NCBI GenBank assembly: GCA_030390025.1
Contig: CM059428.1
Coordinates: forward strand, 77,872,001 to 77,936,000
Length of the DNA: 64,000 bases
Source of the DNA: Squalus acanthias
Taxonomy: Eukaryota
Direction of reading: 5' to 3'
Below the pieces are notes generated by a model. That model did not search any database and was not told where the DNA came from. It saw nothing but the letters and a program-made list of their open reading frames with translations. A program made the position numbers and the translations under genes. This document shows, piece by piece, positions 12,975 through 25,467 of this stretch; position 1 is the first letter of the stretch, and every line of letters starts with the position of its first letter.

Positions 12975-13420
12975 ACCCTGGTGAGTGGAGACTCGAATAT
13001 GGTCTCTAAATATTGGGTTGACATCGCGTACGGACCGAGTGACCACTGGCTGTGAGTCGGAAGAGTTGGGTTCGGGCCATACTCCAAACGGTCCCAGCAA
13101 GCGGAGACTGGAGTGCCAGCTCTGAATATTGCAATGACGTCCAGCAGGGGTACTGCCATCCAATGGGTATGGGTACAGGTGCCCCAGCCCGCCCCACCTG
13201 TTGTAAGGATAAGTGGAGCTCTTTAGCCTTGGTTGGAGCCCATCTAGGAGAAGGCACTCTGAAGATAAAAAACCATGAGGAAGGCATTGGGAAACCATTT
13301 CAGCTATTATTTCCTAGTAAGTGGCTCAAGAATCTCATATGTGAGACTTGAATTAGGACCTGTCCTAGAGCAGAACACAACAGATGGACTGGTAAATGCC
13401 AAAAAAAACAATCATCTGAA
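12975..13420 (+). repeat. Probable RTE-related 5'-UTR/SINE-like repeat
   Basis: Contains 'CTAGGAGAAGGCACTCTGA...AAACC' and 'GAGGAAGGCATTGGGAAACCA', resembling RTE 5'/Bov-A-type motifs. Boundaries are approximate. Confidence 0.35.
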
Positions 13421-13835
13421 TGACCTCATCAGGCTGGCACAATTAAAAGTTACCCATTGTAAAAATCTAAGAAAAGGAAGCTAAGGGTAGCCAAAAAAAG
13501 ATAATGACAGCCACAGAACACAGTTCAAGGAGAGCACTGAGAGGGAGTTGCAGGTCACATTCATTGAACCTGTGTGTTCTGGTAAGTTATTTTGTATCAT
13601 GTTATTCACTGTATATAAATATTCAGTCACACTTGAGTTGGGCATGATTATCTGAGAAAGTCTGCTCACCACACTAGTTGCAGTCATACAGCTCAGGGTC
13701 CTACCAATCAGACCTACTTAGAGTCATCTACTAGCCAGTCTGGCATATTTGAGTGGACAGGCTTAAAGAGATATCATGGTTAACTTATTACTTTAGTCAG
13801 ACCGTATGGAGGTTCTTTACAATGAATTTGATTTA

Positions 13836-14505
13836 CAACAACAACTTGCATTTATATAGCGCCTTTAATGTAGTAAAACATCACAGGCGTGTTATCAAAC
13901 AAAATTTGACACCGTGCCACATAAGGAGATAGGACAGATGACCGAAAGCTTGGTCAAAGAGGTAGGCTTTAAGGAGTGTCTTAAAGGAGGAAAGAGAGGT
14001 AGAGAGGCGGAGAGGTTGAGGGAGGGAATTCCAGATATTATGGCCTAGGCAGCTGAAGGGATGGCCACCAATGGTGGAACGATTAAATCGGGGATGCGCA
14101 AGAGGCCAGAATTGGAGGAGTGCAAAGATCTCGGAGGGTTGTAGGTATGTTCCCCATAATTGTTTTTTGGGCTGCGCGGCCCATTCAAAGGTTCACACAT
14201 GCGAGTTTTTTTCTTCTCAGAAGCCGGCTTACCGGCTGTGCGGGACTCCTGGAAGCTTAAAGGGAACATTGGTTGTAGGGCTGGAGGTGGTTACAGAGAT
14301 TGGGAGGGAAAAGGCCATGGAGGGATTTGAAAATAAGGATGAGAATTTTAAAATTGAGGCGTTGCCGGAAGGGGAGCCAATGTAGGTCAGCGAGCACAGG
14401 GGTGATGGGTGAACCAGACTTGGTATGAGTTAGGATACAGGCTGCACAGTTTTGGATGAGCTCAAGTTTATGGAGGGTGGAAGATGGGAGGTCAGCAAGG
14501 AGAAA
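13836..14505 (-). mobile_element. L2 LINE 3' end, with a small MITE inserted
   Basis: Highly similar to 10036-10490, including the tail. Confidence 0.85.
14146..14271. mobile_element. 126-bp hAT-type MITE
   Basis: Termini TATGTTCCC and GGGAACATTG. Perfect 8-bp TSD GTTGTAGG at 14138-14145 and 14272-14279. Confidence 0.85.
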
Positions 14506-15554
14506 TTATAATTCTAGCAATTGTTAGAGTATTATTTATATCTATAAATTAGAAGTAAAGGTATTTTTGTTTGCTCTACAAAAGTGTAATCATATCTTCA
14601 TAGATGATTCATCCAAATGCTAAGGAGATGATGATTTTATGGATGAAGAATCCATTGTGGTGCCTCAGAAAGAGGATGATCACTGCTCAGATAATCCTGG
14701 AAGGGGAGGGACTGGAATATGAAACTCAGGGACAGAGCAGAGCCATGGAAAGTCTCAAAAAGGAAAAGACTTCTAATCCAGGAACCTCTTCATAGCAAAT
14801 GAGAAGGTCATGTAAAGAGTGAGCTGTAAGAGATTATGCAATACATGAAACTCGAAATTCAGCAAAGTGAGAGGGCTGAACTAGTGTCCAATACATTCTG
14901 CCACTATAACAGTTTATAAATGTTAATTATTATAAACTATAATCTTATAAATTAACTATTCTTGAATTAATTATCTTCAATTATCTGTGAATTTATGGTA
15001 CTCTTGGATAGATCTTCTTTCTAGTCACAGTGAATTCTTAAGGCTAAATTTATCAAATTATATGGTTACATTAACAGAACCTATCTTAAACCCACTCATC
15101 AACAATACAGTTCAATTTCTAAATTGTAAGCACAATTTTTGTTATATGACCCTGCCCAGAAACATACTTCACATTGAAGCCACTTGTTTCTAGCAGGTGA
15201 ACTAATATGAATGCATTTTTAAAAAGTCCAATTAAGAGAATCATTATGTGGTTAGAGAAGATATTTTACAACTGTATGTATTGATTTTCATTCTGAGAGA
15301 CACAATCCGTTGCTCTCTATAGGCTGAAGAATTAAAGATTAATTAAATATTAGTTCTTGTATTTTCATTATTAACAAGTAGTAATTTCACTCTACCACAA
15401 GTGTACTTGCATTGTAAATGAATTGGGACAATAGATTTATTTCTAGAATAGAAAAAATTCTCTCTATTTGAGTTCATAATAAACCAGTTCACCAGTGAAG
15501 TATATTGAGGGTTTCCATTTGATTAGTCACTTTAAACCATTCACAGTATCTATT

Positions 15555-15892
15555 GGCAGGGTTTGAGCTTGGACAATTGAAGTTGACAGAATTTAGTCTC
15601 ATCAGTTAAACTAAAGCCCTGCCTGCCTGTTCAGGTAGAAGTAACTGATCTCATAGCATTATTCAAAGAAAAAATAGGGAGTACTCTTGGTGTTTGGGCC
15701 AATATTCTTCCCTCAATCAAAACCAGCAAAACCAGAGAAACCATTGACCTTATTTGCTATTTGTGGGACCTTGCTACATACATTTGGCTGTTGCCTTTGT
15801 TGCTATAACCACGGTGACTGCACTTCAAAGTAATGCATTAGTTGTGAAGCGCATTGGGATATCCTGAGGATGTGATAAGGAGCTACGTAAGT
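15555..15892 (+). mobile_element. DeuSINE-like SINE (degenerate)
   Basis: Deu-domain-like core 'GGCCAATATTCTTCCCTCAA...TTTGTGGGACCTTGCT' and an L2-type tail. Confidence 0.7.
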
Positions 15893-15917
15893 TTTCTCAG
15901 TCAAGGACACACTACAC

Positions 15918-16961
15918 CAGGGGTTCTCAACCGAGGGTCCACCATAAATAACCTCCAGGATTAAAAAAAAGAAAAATACACCGTGGGGTAAAGTTGGGAT
16001 TGAGCTGAGAAAATGGCTCGGACCTGTCTTACCCCCTTCCTGAATGTCGGTGCGATGACGGCAGCAGCTGTTGCTGAGAAAGGCTGTCCCTGGTCGCTGA
16101 GCGCAGATCCCCCAGCTTGAGCTCTCCATCCGCCACCCTCCTCTCGCCAGGTCCCGCTGTGTATATGGGCGGACTGCTGGTGGCCGAACAGTTGCAGTAC
16201 AACCGACAGAGCGCTGCCGGAACCACCTACGTGTCCAACGGATTCGACATCTAGACTCGCGACCAAAAGCGTCCGACTGCACCCTTAACTTATTCTGCGC
16301 AATATCAGAAACTCCCAGTTAGCCGATAGATTTTAGCAAGAGCGTTGACTCTCACTGTAGTACGAGGGTGCTGGCTGCCCTTTGGTGCCTAACCTCATTC
16401 ATTCTTCACCTGTTAGCAGTCTTGCTCTACCAAGGCTGGCAGCGCAGGCAGACCTGATTGTTCACACCCGATGTTGGCCTCCAGCTAGGATTTCAACCTT
16501 CCAGGATTGTCCTGGATATAAAACATTAATCTGGACACTGCTGCGAGCAATTTGGGAGAAAAATCATACGGGCCTTAAAAGTGTTTTTTTTAATTTTCAT
16601 TGTACACTTTAGTTTATTAGTTATGAAAATATTGGAGATGGGGGAAAAAGGCTGTTTGACTGACAATCGAGCAGAGAACCGGGACCAGTTGATGAGAAAG
16701 TCAGGATTTGCTGGGGAAAGAGGGAGACTGGGGGTCAGGTGATTGGGGCTCATGTGGAAGTAAAGAGGGAGTGGGATGGGTGTGAGGACCAGTAGTTTCT
16801 GCAGTGCTGGGATAGCAATAGCAGTAGTAACATGGTGAGTGGGAGCAGCACTGAGAGAATTTTTATATAGAAAAAATACTTGTGTTGTGTTACGGGGGGG
16901 TCCGTGGAATTTTTATAACAAGGGAGGGGGCTCTTAGAAGCAAAAAGGTTGAGAACCCTTG
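15918..16961. mobile_element. Non-autonomous hAT (Charlie-like) element
   Basis: TIRs CAGGGGTTCTCAACC and GGTTGAGAACCCTTG. 8-bp TSD CACTACAC/TACTACAC (7/8). Confidence 0.85.
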
Positions 16962-16994
16962 TACTACACAATTTCATAGCAATTAAAAGGAAGA

Positions 16995-17385
16995 ACAAAC
17001 TTGCATTTATATAGCTCTTTATCATGTCTCAAAAAAAATCCCAAAATATTCCCACACAATGAATTGTAGTCATGTTTTTTATGCTGATGAACATGACAGT
17101 CATTTTGCACACAGCAATGTACCACAGTCAATATGATATGAATGGTCAGTTAATCCATTTTTGGTGGTGTTATTTGAGGGATGTGCTCTACTTCGAATAG
17201 TGCCATGGGATCTTTAACATCCACCTGAACCAGCAGATGGAGCCTCAGTTTAATGTCTCAACAAAAGATGGCACATCTCTCAGTATTTCACTGAAGTACC
17301 AGCCTACATTATGTGCTCAAGTACCAGAGAGGCTTGAACCTGGAACCTTCTGATTCAGAGACAAGAATATTACTAACTGAGGCAA
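16995..17385 (-). mobile_element. DeuSINE-like SINE with tRNA-like head
   Basis: On the minus strand there is a B-box-like GGTTCAAGCC near 17335, then 'CAGGTGGATGTTAAAGATCCCATGGCACTATTCGAAG', then an L2-type tail. Confidence 0.75.
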
Positions 17386-18624
17386 ACAACTTGAAACTTT
17401 GTATACTTGAATGTAAAACTACTTATATCAGCATAGCTTATGTAAACTGAAAATCAGTAGCCCCATATTAAACCAATTCAACCTTAAAGACCTTTTCTGG
17501 TAGAATTACAAATTCATGAAAACAGTAATTATGAATATTTGAATGACCATTGATAAGGCACTATTGGAATGTATTTCATTACAAGCTCCTGAAATATGGA
17601 CACCATGCTATGTTTAGTTTATCTCTTACAGCGAGTTTAACAGTAATCTTTTTCTAAGTAAATTATGATTATTTTTACTTTTATTGACAGTCTTAATTTG
17701 TGCTATTAACGTTATTCAGGTTTTAGCTTTAACATCACAGAATAAACAGTCTTTCAACTCTCATCAAATTGTAAAGCCGACTGTGTGACAGTCAAGACAA
17801 GAAAAGGTGCAATGATGTGTAAAAAAAAGTAACATAAAAACTGTTCCTTAATGTTAAATAATTTATAAAAGCAGATTGCTACTAACCAGCACAGCCTGTT
17901 GGTGCAAAGTGTGTTTGTATAACACTAAAGCCACATGATTTGCACATTGTGTAGATTTTGAGAGAAGGCACAGCTGAGACCAGTCAACTGTACTGAGATG
18001 CTACTAATTTCATCATGTGGGAATTAGTCGGATTTCAGATCCCATGGAGTTGTCACAAAGGACAATTTAATGTCATTAGACTGCCATTATCATTTGCACT
18101 AGCAGCTGATCTCTCCCTCAACATGCCTATAAGATGAAGCTTTGATTAGTTGGCTGAACAGTTGTAAATGCCTTGGGTTTAGGTTAATAGCAGTAATGCT
18201 TATGCAAATAGTGCAACCCACTCAGTTGTTCCTGTAGTGGGCAGTGTTGCTTTTAGAATACAAGAGATTCCCAATTGCCTTTAACTATTTTCTGATTTAA
18301 TTACAATTTTAAAAAAGGGGGGGAAAATCAGAAAGCATTTAATTTGATGTATTTTGTTTTAAGGAAGTGATGTAGAACATGGCTGGGTTCGTTTCCAGGC
18401 TGTAGACAAGATAAACAAAAAGATTTACAGAAGCAGCTAGTTGACTTTGAGTAGGTGTTAGATTTTTTATTAAAATAGTTTCTAGTTTCATGAAATACTT
18501 ATCAGATATTTCAGTCTCTTTGTTGTCATTTCATCTTATACTAAATTCCAATAGATAATCATTATTTGCTATCTCATTGTTTGCTATTACTAGTAGTTAG
18601 CCCATAGTATGCATATATTCCTTG

Positions 18625-20120
18625 ACTGGATACAGCAAACTCTATGGACCCTGACAACATCCTGGGTGTAGTACTAAAGACCTGTGAACCTGAACTAGCT
18701 GCTCCTCAGGCCAAGTTCTATCAGTACAGCTATGACAGGCATCCAGCCAACAATATGGAAGATTGCCTAATATATGTCCTATCCACAAAAAGGCAGGATG
18801 AATTTAACTCAGCCAATTACTGTCCTATCAGCCTCTTCCCAATCATCAGTAAAATGATGAAAGGAGTTATCAATAGTGCCATTAAGTGACATCTACTCAC
18901 CAATAACCTGCTCACCGACACTCAGTTTAAATTCTGCCTGAACCACTCGGCTCCAGATCTCATCACAGCCTTGATTCAGACATGGATGCACAAACAATGC
19001 CAGAGGAGAGGTGAGAGTAGCTGCACTTGACTTCATGATGCAATTGACCAAGTATGGCACCAAGGAGCTCTCGACAAACTGAAGTCATTGGGGGTAAAGG
19101 GAAGCCTTCCAAAGGAAGATGGTTGTGGTTGTTGGAGGCCAGTCACAGCCCCAGGATATCACTGCAGGAGTTCCTCAGGGAACAGTCTTTAGCTGCTTCA
19201 CAATGACCTTCCCTCTGTCATAAACACAGGAGTGGGGCTCTTTGCTAATGATTCTACAATATTCAACTCCACTCACAACTCCTTCAATAATGAAGTAGCC
19301 TATGCAGAACCTGGATAACATCCAAGCTTGGGCTGACAAGTGGTAGCTACCATTTGTGCCACATAAGTGCCAGCTAATGACCATCTCTAAGAAGAGAAAG
19401 CTCAGCCACCTTCCCTTGATCTTCAGCAGCACCACCATCACTGAGTTCTCCCATCATCAACATCTTGTGAGACACCACTGACCAGAAATTGAACTGGACC
19501 AGCCATATCAACTTCATGGCGACAAAAGCAGGGCAGAGGCTGGGAACTCTGTGACAAGTGACTTCCCTTCTGACCCCTAAAAGCCTCTCAACCCTCTACA
19601 AGGCTCAAGTCAGGAGTGTGGTGGAATCCTCAGCACTCGCATGGATGGGCACAGCCACAACAACACTCAAGAAGCTTGACATCATCCAAGTTAGAATGCT
19701 TCACTTGATTGGTCCCCCTGTCACTGGATTCAATACCCATCCCCTCCATCACCAGTGCATTATCACTGCAGTATCCATAAACAACAGGATGCACTTCAGC
19801 AACTCACCAAGCTTACTTTGACAGCACCTCCCTGCCCCATGGCCTCTACCACTGATAAGGACAAGATCAATAATGTCCTGGGAAACCATCGCCTCCAATT
19901 TCCCCTCCAAGTCACATGCCATTCTGACTTGGACGTATATCCCTGTTCCTTCATCATCGCTGGATAAATATCCTGGAATTCCGTACTAAACACCATTGTT
20001 GGAGCATCATCACCACAAGGACTGCAGCAGTTCAAGGAGAAGGCCCACCACCATCTCCTCAGGGCAACTAGAAATGGGCAATAAATGCGGCCTTGCCAAT
20101 GTCAGTCATATCCCAAAAAC
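18625..20120 (+). mobile_element. LINE family A, older degenerate 3' half
   Basis: Collinear with 5490-6865 and extends into the family 3' UTR (CACCACCATCTCCTCAGGGCAA...GGGCAATAAATGC). Confidence 0.88.
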
Positions 20121-20384
20121 AAATTCCTTGCTGGTTTTGAGATACATTTCCTTGACAAGCTGAACCTTTATTTTGCTTGTTACATGTGTACCAGAAACTG
20201 TAACAAAGACAGGCGCCTCATGAAATTGAACTTGGTGGTTGCTGGGAACACAGAAAGACCTGGAGAAATTGGGGTCCCAATGAGAAAGCTAGTTTTCTCA
20301 TGGCTGAATGCATGCTGGGTGAGTACATTGGGGTCAGCAAGTGATGATTAATTTTGCATTTAAAGCTCTCCCATTGATTGTGAA

Positions 20385-20577
20385 CCTTAGGAACCAGCAA
20401 ATCTCCAGTTTCAATTCCCTGGTCTGTGCTAAGTTAGCTGATCTTAGCTGGGGCTAGGCATGGGTGATAGAATTGGCCTTAGTGCCCTGGGCAAGAGGGA
20501 GAAAAACAGTTAGAAGGATTCCCAATCGTGATGGCTATCCATGGCCCATGTCGGAAAGTGCATGTATGGACATCGGG
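20385..20577 (+). mobile_element. tRNA-derived SINE 'family B' fragment
   Basis: 'CCCTGGTCTGTGCTAAGTTAGCTGATCTTAGC...GGAAAGTGCATGTATGGAC'. Matches the minus-strand copies at ~24.2, 58.9 and 61.2 kb. Confidence 0.6.
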
Positions 20578-20645
20578 GGCTAATACATTTACTGGGTTTT
20601 TGGCCTAGCACTGAGCTGCCTTAGGCGCTAAACCCAGCAGGTAAT

Positions 20646-22139
20646 GGCCCGGATTTTGCTATAATAGTAATGGTGAGGCTATCAGCACTCGCCGTTATTA
20701 GAGGGTAAATTTGACAGCAACTTCTGGCATCCGGACATGTGCAGTTAATTGTGAAAATTCAGAAGTTCCTGTCAGAAATATCCTGCTCCTCCACAGGGTG
20801 CACTGATGCAGTCCATACCAATAGACTCAGCACTGAAATTACTGTAATGGCGTAAACTTGAGGTACTTACCCACTAGTTCCGCACTAAAGAGAGCTGAAA
20901 AAGTTAGGGCTGGTACTTTCAGGAGTAAGAGAGTTTTTAAAGGCATAATAAGTGATAATTACTGCTGAACAACCTTTCTGGCCCTGAAAAAATAATTTTA
21001 CAAGTGTGGAGTCTCATTCCTTCAGAAGAAAATTAATATTGCAGGGGGGAAAAATTCGGTTGCTTTGCGCCTCCCATTAGCGCCCTAAGAGGGCAAAGCA
21101 ACTAGCGCCCTGGCGCGGCGCCGCCAACGCCTCCCGTGAAATTCAGCAGGAGGTTAGTGGCGGCGCTAACCGTTAGCGCCCCGTGGCGCTGCATCGCCGG
21201 CGATGACATCATCGTCGTGTGCAGCGCCCCGCCCCCGGCCGCAATCTTCGGTAGCGCCCCCTGACTTACCGCCGGACACCATGTCCAACGGGGTCAGGAG
21301 GGCCTACCTGCGGCCGCCTCGGCGCTATTTAAAGGCGAGGTGCCGGGCGGCCATTTTTGTTGCTGGCCGCCTGCCAGCACCTGCCTCCGCTGCTGTTTCC
21401 GGCCTCCTGACCCACCCCCCCACGGAGTGCCGGCTGTGCTCCATGAGCCCGGCACTTCTCTTGAGTGCTGGGCTCTTTTGCCAGCCCTCCAATCCCCGGT
21501 GGCCCAGCTGGGCCCCGGGTCGCGCTGCGCAAGGCCCTTCCCCTTTAAGAAGTGGAGGAGGGCCTGCAATACTGCGGTGCGATGTGCCGCAGCGATATTC
21601 CCTCGCAGCACCCCAAGAGGGAGGCGGGGCACTTCCAGTAACACCCCGCTTCCCTCTTGGGGCGCTACCACTCAATTTCGGCCGCGGGAGCGCTAATTTT
21701 TCCGGGGCGCTACTCCCGGCAAAGTTAGCGCCCCAAAGGGGGCGCGACTCAATTTTTCCCCCCGATGTTTAAAAAAATTAAAATACAAATTTATTTTTAC
21801 ATTTATTGTCTGTTTCTTTTATCTCTCTCCCTTAATCCCATCTGTATTTCCCAATTTTTATTTCACTTTCTCTACATCATTTAAATCTAATTTATATTTC
21901 CTGTTTTATAATTCCTGGTTTGGACACTGCGTGTCTCAGTGAGGATACTTCAAACTGATTGGTTGAAGAGCCTTGCTTTTGCTTACCCTGTTCACAGACG
22001 CCACAGATCCCCTGTAGAGGGCACCATGCTGAAACAGACGCTGGATTTGTGGAAATCTCCGCTGACAAGCCCGTGGGCAGTTGTCAGCGAGGTGAACGAC
22101 GAGTGCTGTTCCTTCGCCGCTGAGAGCAAAATCCGGGTC
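20646..22139. mobile_element. Non-autonomous Harbinger-type element
   Basis: TIRs GGCCCGGATTTTGCT and AGCAAAATCCGGGTC (14/15). 3-bp TSD AAT at 20643-20645 and 22140-22142. Confidence 0.85.
21045..21762. mobile_element. GC/CpG-rich Harbinger-type MITE nested in the previous element
   Basis: TIRs GGGGGAAAAATT and AATTTTTCCCCC. TSD is imperfect (CAG vs CGA). Many TAGCGCCC motifs. Confidence 0.8.
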
Positions 22140-22624
22140 AATGTCAAAAATTGAGCAATTGTTACTGGAGATGGAAGTTGGATTTCTCCTTCAGCTCCAA
22201 GTCGAGCTAAAAAGAAAACTTTGGGGGAACTTTTTAAAACTAGTTAAGGCCTGGCTGTGGCATTGCTGGTTCTAATAGCTCTGCTTGCCAGTAAATTCTA
22301 CTTAAATATTTCAATTACTGTTTGTTCTTCATTTGACGGGAGTAAAACTAACAGGAAAACTAGCAGCATTTCCGGTATTTATTTGCATTTGGTGCATTGA
22401 CACAGAAGCCAGAGCGTTGAAAGAGAGAACATAATGCATAGAGCCCTGTAGCCCTTGGCATCAGACACCCTTGGGAATGCATCTACTGCATCAGGAACTA
22501 CCACCTGGATTTGACTTCAGGGCACTGCTTGCAACACCTGCAGTTACCCAAGTAGTTACTGTTGTCTCATCTCATGGCTCCCCAGCTGGAGGGCAATCAG
22601 CTGTAAAGAGACCACAGCCCTGAA

Positions 22625-23010
22625 TGTTTATGCTTCAAGGACATTTCAAGCTGGCACTGGGGATTTGACAGGAGTGAATTGTCCCTCAGTGTGTCGATGC
22701 ATTCAAAATGTCACCAAGGTTTTGCTAATGTACACACCCTACTGTGCGCTCTTCGGCATTAAGCCGCAGCAGCAGACATCCAGACAGCAAGGCTTCTTTG
22801 AAATTGGCAGCTTCCCAAGGGTGCAAGACACCATCGATTGCAACACGTTCAGGCTACATCAGATAAGCCATGAATATAAAGCAGAAAAATGGAAAAGGAT
22901 ATTACTCAGTCAATATGGAGATAGTGTGCAATGTCAACCTGGCATCCTTCGTTTAATGTCAGATAGCCTAAGAAGGGCCTTGACCTGTCTTCAGCCCCTC
23001 CACAAACTCC
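22625..23010 (+). pseudogene. Highly degenerate Harbinger transposase remnant
   Basis: 'YASRTFQAGTGDLTGV...VCRCIQNVTKVL...GFFEIGSFPRVQDTIDC' aligns by eye with the copy-1 transposase. Confidence 0.7.
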
Positions 23011-23164
23011 ATTCCTCTGCCACTAATTCCATCCCCCTCTGCTGACACTGTCTCAGGCTGAAACAGATTATTCACATCCTCAGAGTTGTGTTTAACCCTG
23101 AGCTGAGCTTCAGATCTCATATCCTTTTTTTCATTATCATCCTCATCATCAACAATAACTTGCA

Positions 23165-23670
23165 TTATAGAGTTTCTTTATTGTAGACGTACACCCCAAA
23201 GCACTTCACAAAGGCAAAATCAAAAAATACAGAGCCAATCAAGGAGATATTAGAAGTCATCGAAAGCTTGATCAGAGGTGGCTTTTAAAAAGAGTCTTAT
23301 AATGGCAGAGGAAGGTGGAGAGGCAGATGGGTTTAGGGGGGGGGGGAATTCCAGAGTGTGAGTCCAGGCGGCTGAAGGTACTGAAGGGCCGTGGTGGGGT
23401 GAAGGGACAAGGGGATGGACAAGAGGCTTGAAATGAGGAACTGAGAGTTCGGGGGATGGGTGGGTGGGGGGTGAGGTTATAGCCCTGAAGGAGGTTACAG
23501 AGATAGGGAGCGGCAGTACCATGGAGGGATTTAAACACAAGGATACGTTGGGGTCTGTATGTCAGCAAGACAGAGCTGATGGAAAAGCGGGACTTGGCAC
23601 GGGATAGGATATGGGCAGCATATGTTTGGATACAATTATGTTTATGGATGGGAGGCAAACCAGGAGAATA
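23165..23670 (-). mobile_element. L2 LINE 3' fragment (old)
   Basis: 'ILVFKSLHGTAAPYLCNLL'. Similar to 10036-10490. Confidence 0.75.
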
Positions 23671-24109
23671 TTTCAATAGTTTAGTCTCAAGTTTGACAGT
23701 GTGCCAATGCTTTATCCAAAACTGAGAGAACAATCAAAGAGGTACAGAATAAATATGGCTACATCAAGAAAGTAACCAAGGTAAGTGAATGTAATGGAAA
23801 TTGTGCTTCGCACTTACCTTTCTATCCTGGGTTTGACAGTCTATTTTGAAGGCAGAAAGTGGAACGTGGGAACAACTTTGGCAGAAAACCAATGCCAAAG
23901 GCAGGTTTTTCAGCCAGCTGAGTGCTACAACTCAGAAGGTTGACATGATCAACACCCAGAGGTTTGTGTGATAAGGGTTTTTCAAGTTGATATCAATAAG
24001 AAGGTGACAAAAAGCAAAGTAATAGCAGGTTGCTGTGTTTTTTTAAACTGATATGGCAATTGTTTTTCTACATTTTTTCCTCCTCCCATCTCCTCCTCTC
24101 TGAACATTG

Positions 24110-24320
24110 CTTATTGATTTTGGATGTGGTTCTTTGGGTGCTGGCATCTCATCCAAGTGGCCATTCTTTGGATGACTATTTGATCATGGAGGCCATCACA
24201 ACCTGAGCATGTCCTCATCTGATATCTACACATGCACATTTTCCAGCAGAAGTCACTGCATAGTAATCGGGAGCTATTTTCTTTGCTGAATTTACCCATG
24301 GGAGCAGCGAGGACAATTAG
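24110..24320 (-). mobile_element. SINE family B fragment
   Basis: 'CTCATCCAAGTGGCCATTCTT...ACATGCACATTTTCCAGCAG' is shared with 58820-58955. Confidence 0.55.
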
Positions 24321-24632
24321 AGAACCCCGATTATGCTGTGTTTAAAAAAAAATTAAAATATATAAAGTATACGTCATTGTCAGACACATGCTTTGTTAAG
24401 TATTTTCACAAAAGTGACTGGATGACTAACAAATAACAATGCCACAAGCCTTGTCTCATAAGTGGGGATATTTACCAGATTCCACTGCTTGTCATTAAGC
24501 TTCTATTTATAACATTCATGGTTTTCAAATGGCAAAGATAAATTATGTTTTTTAATCCAAGAAAATCAGTTGAAACTATGATGTGATGTGATTGTGATTT
24601 TTATTTTGTAGGATCATAAAAGTTTCAGCATA

Positions 24633-25119
24633 GAAGGAAACCAGCAGCCCCTTGTGCCTGTGAAGGAAACCAGCAGCCCCTTGTGCCTGTGAAGCAGACC
24701 AGCAGCCCCTTGTGCCTGTGAAGCAGACCAGCAGCCCCTTGTGCCTGTGAAGGAAACCAGCAGCCCCTTGTGCCTGTGAAGGAGACCAGCAGCCCCTTGT
24801 GCCTGTGAAGGAGACCAGCAGCCCCTTGTGCCTGTGAAGGAGACCAGCAGCCCCTTGTGCCTGTGAAGCAGACCAGCAGCCCCTTGTGCCTGTGAAGGAG
24901 ACCAGCAGCCCCTTGTGCCTGTGAAGGAGACCAGCAGCCCCTTGTGCCTGTGAAGGAGACCAGCAGCCCCTTGTGCCTGTGAAGGAGACCAGCAGCCCCT
25001 TGTGCCTGTGAAGGAGACCAGCAGCCCCTTGTGCCTGTGAAGGAGACCAGCAGCCCCTTGTGCCTGTGAAGGAGACCAGCAGCCCCTTGTGGCTGTGAAG
25101 GAGACCAGCAGCCCCTTGT
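24633..25119. repeat. 29-bp minisatellite, ~17 copies
   Basis: Unit GAAGGAGACCAGCAGCCCCTTGTGCCTGT, head to tail with no spacers. Confidence 0.97.
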
Positions 25120-25467
25120 GACTCTTCTGGTGCTAGCTCTTCTACTGGATTTTCCTCAAGGGTGGTATCGCTGCTGGGGAGGGGAGGGGCTTTAGCCCGC
25201 CGGTCTGATCCCACTGTGACCCTAACCCATTTTCCTGGGATGGGGCCAATTATATAGGCAGGGTGGTCCCCCAGCAGGATCTCGGCTCTGCAGGGGGAGC
25301 CTGCCTCTGCAACTGAGGGAAATCCCATGTTTCTGCTGGGCACACTTGCTGTAGCACCAGAAAAGAGGACGAGCTAAAGTTAAAGGGACCCCTGAAGATA
25401 CCCTGAAAATTTTTACAAATGGCTCTGACTGGCCCATCAAGAGTCCTGCCAGCGTTAGGAGGGTCTA

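Noticed and set aside
14604-14806. Exon-like purine-rich segment after a TAG acceptor
   Set aside because: No recognisable protein, stops in the alternative frames and a weak donor. A non-coding exon cannot be excluded.
21203-21772. GC-rich ORFs or a CpG-island promoter
   Set aside because: Entirely inside a TIR-bounded MITE. The ORFs result from high GC content.
24633-25119. 29-bp repeats as a CRISPR array, or the 255-aa ORF 24576-25343 as a gene
   Set aside because: The units are contiguous with no spacers, there are no cas genes, and the context is eukaryotic. The ORF only reflects a stop-free repeat.
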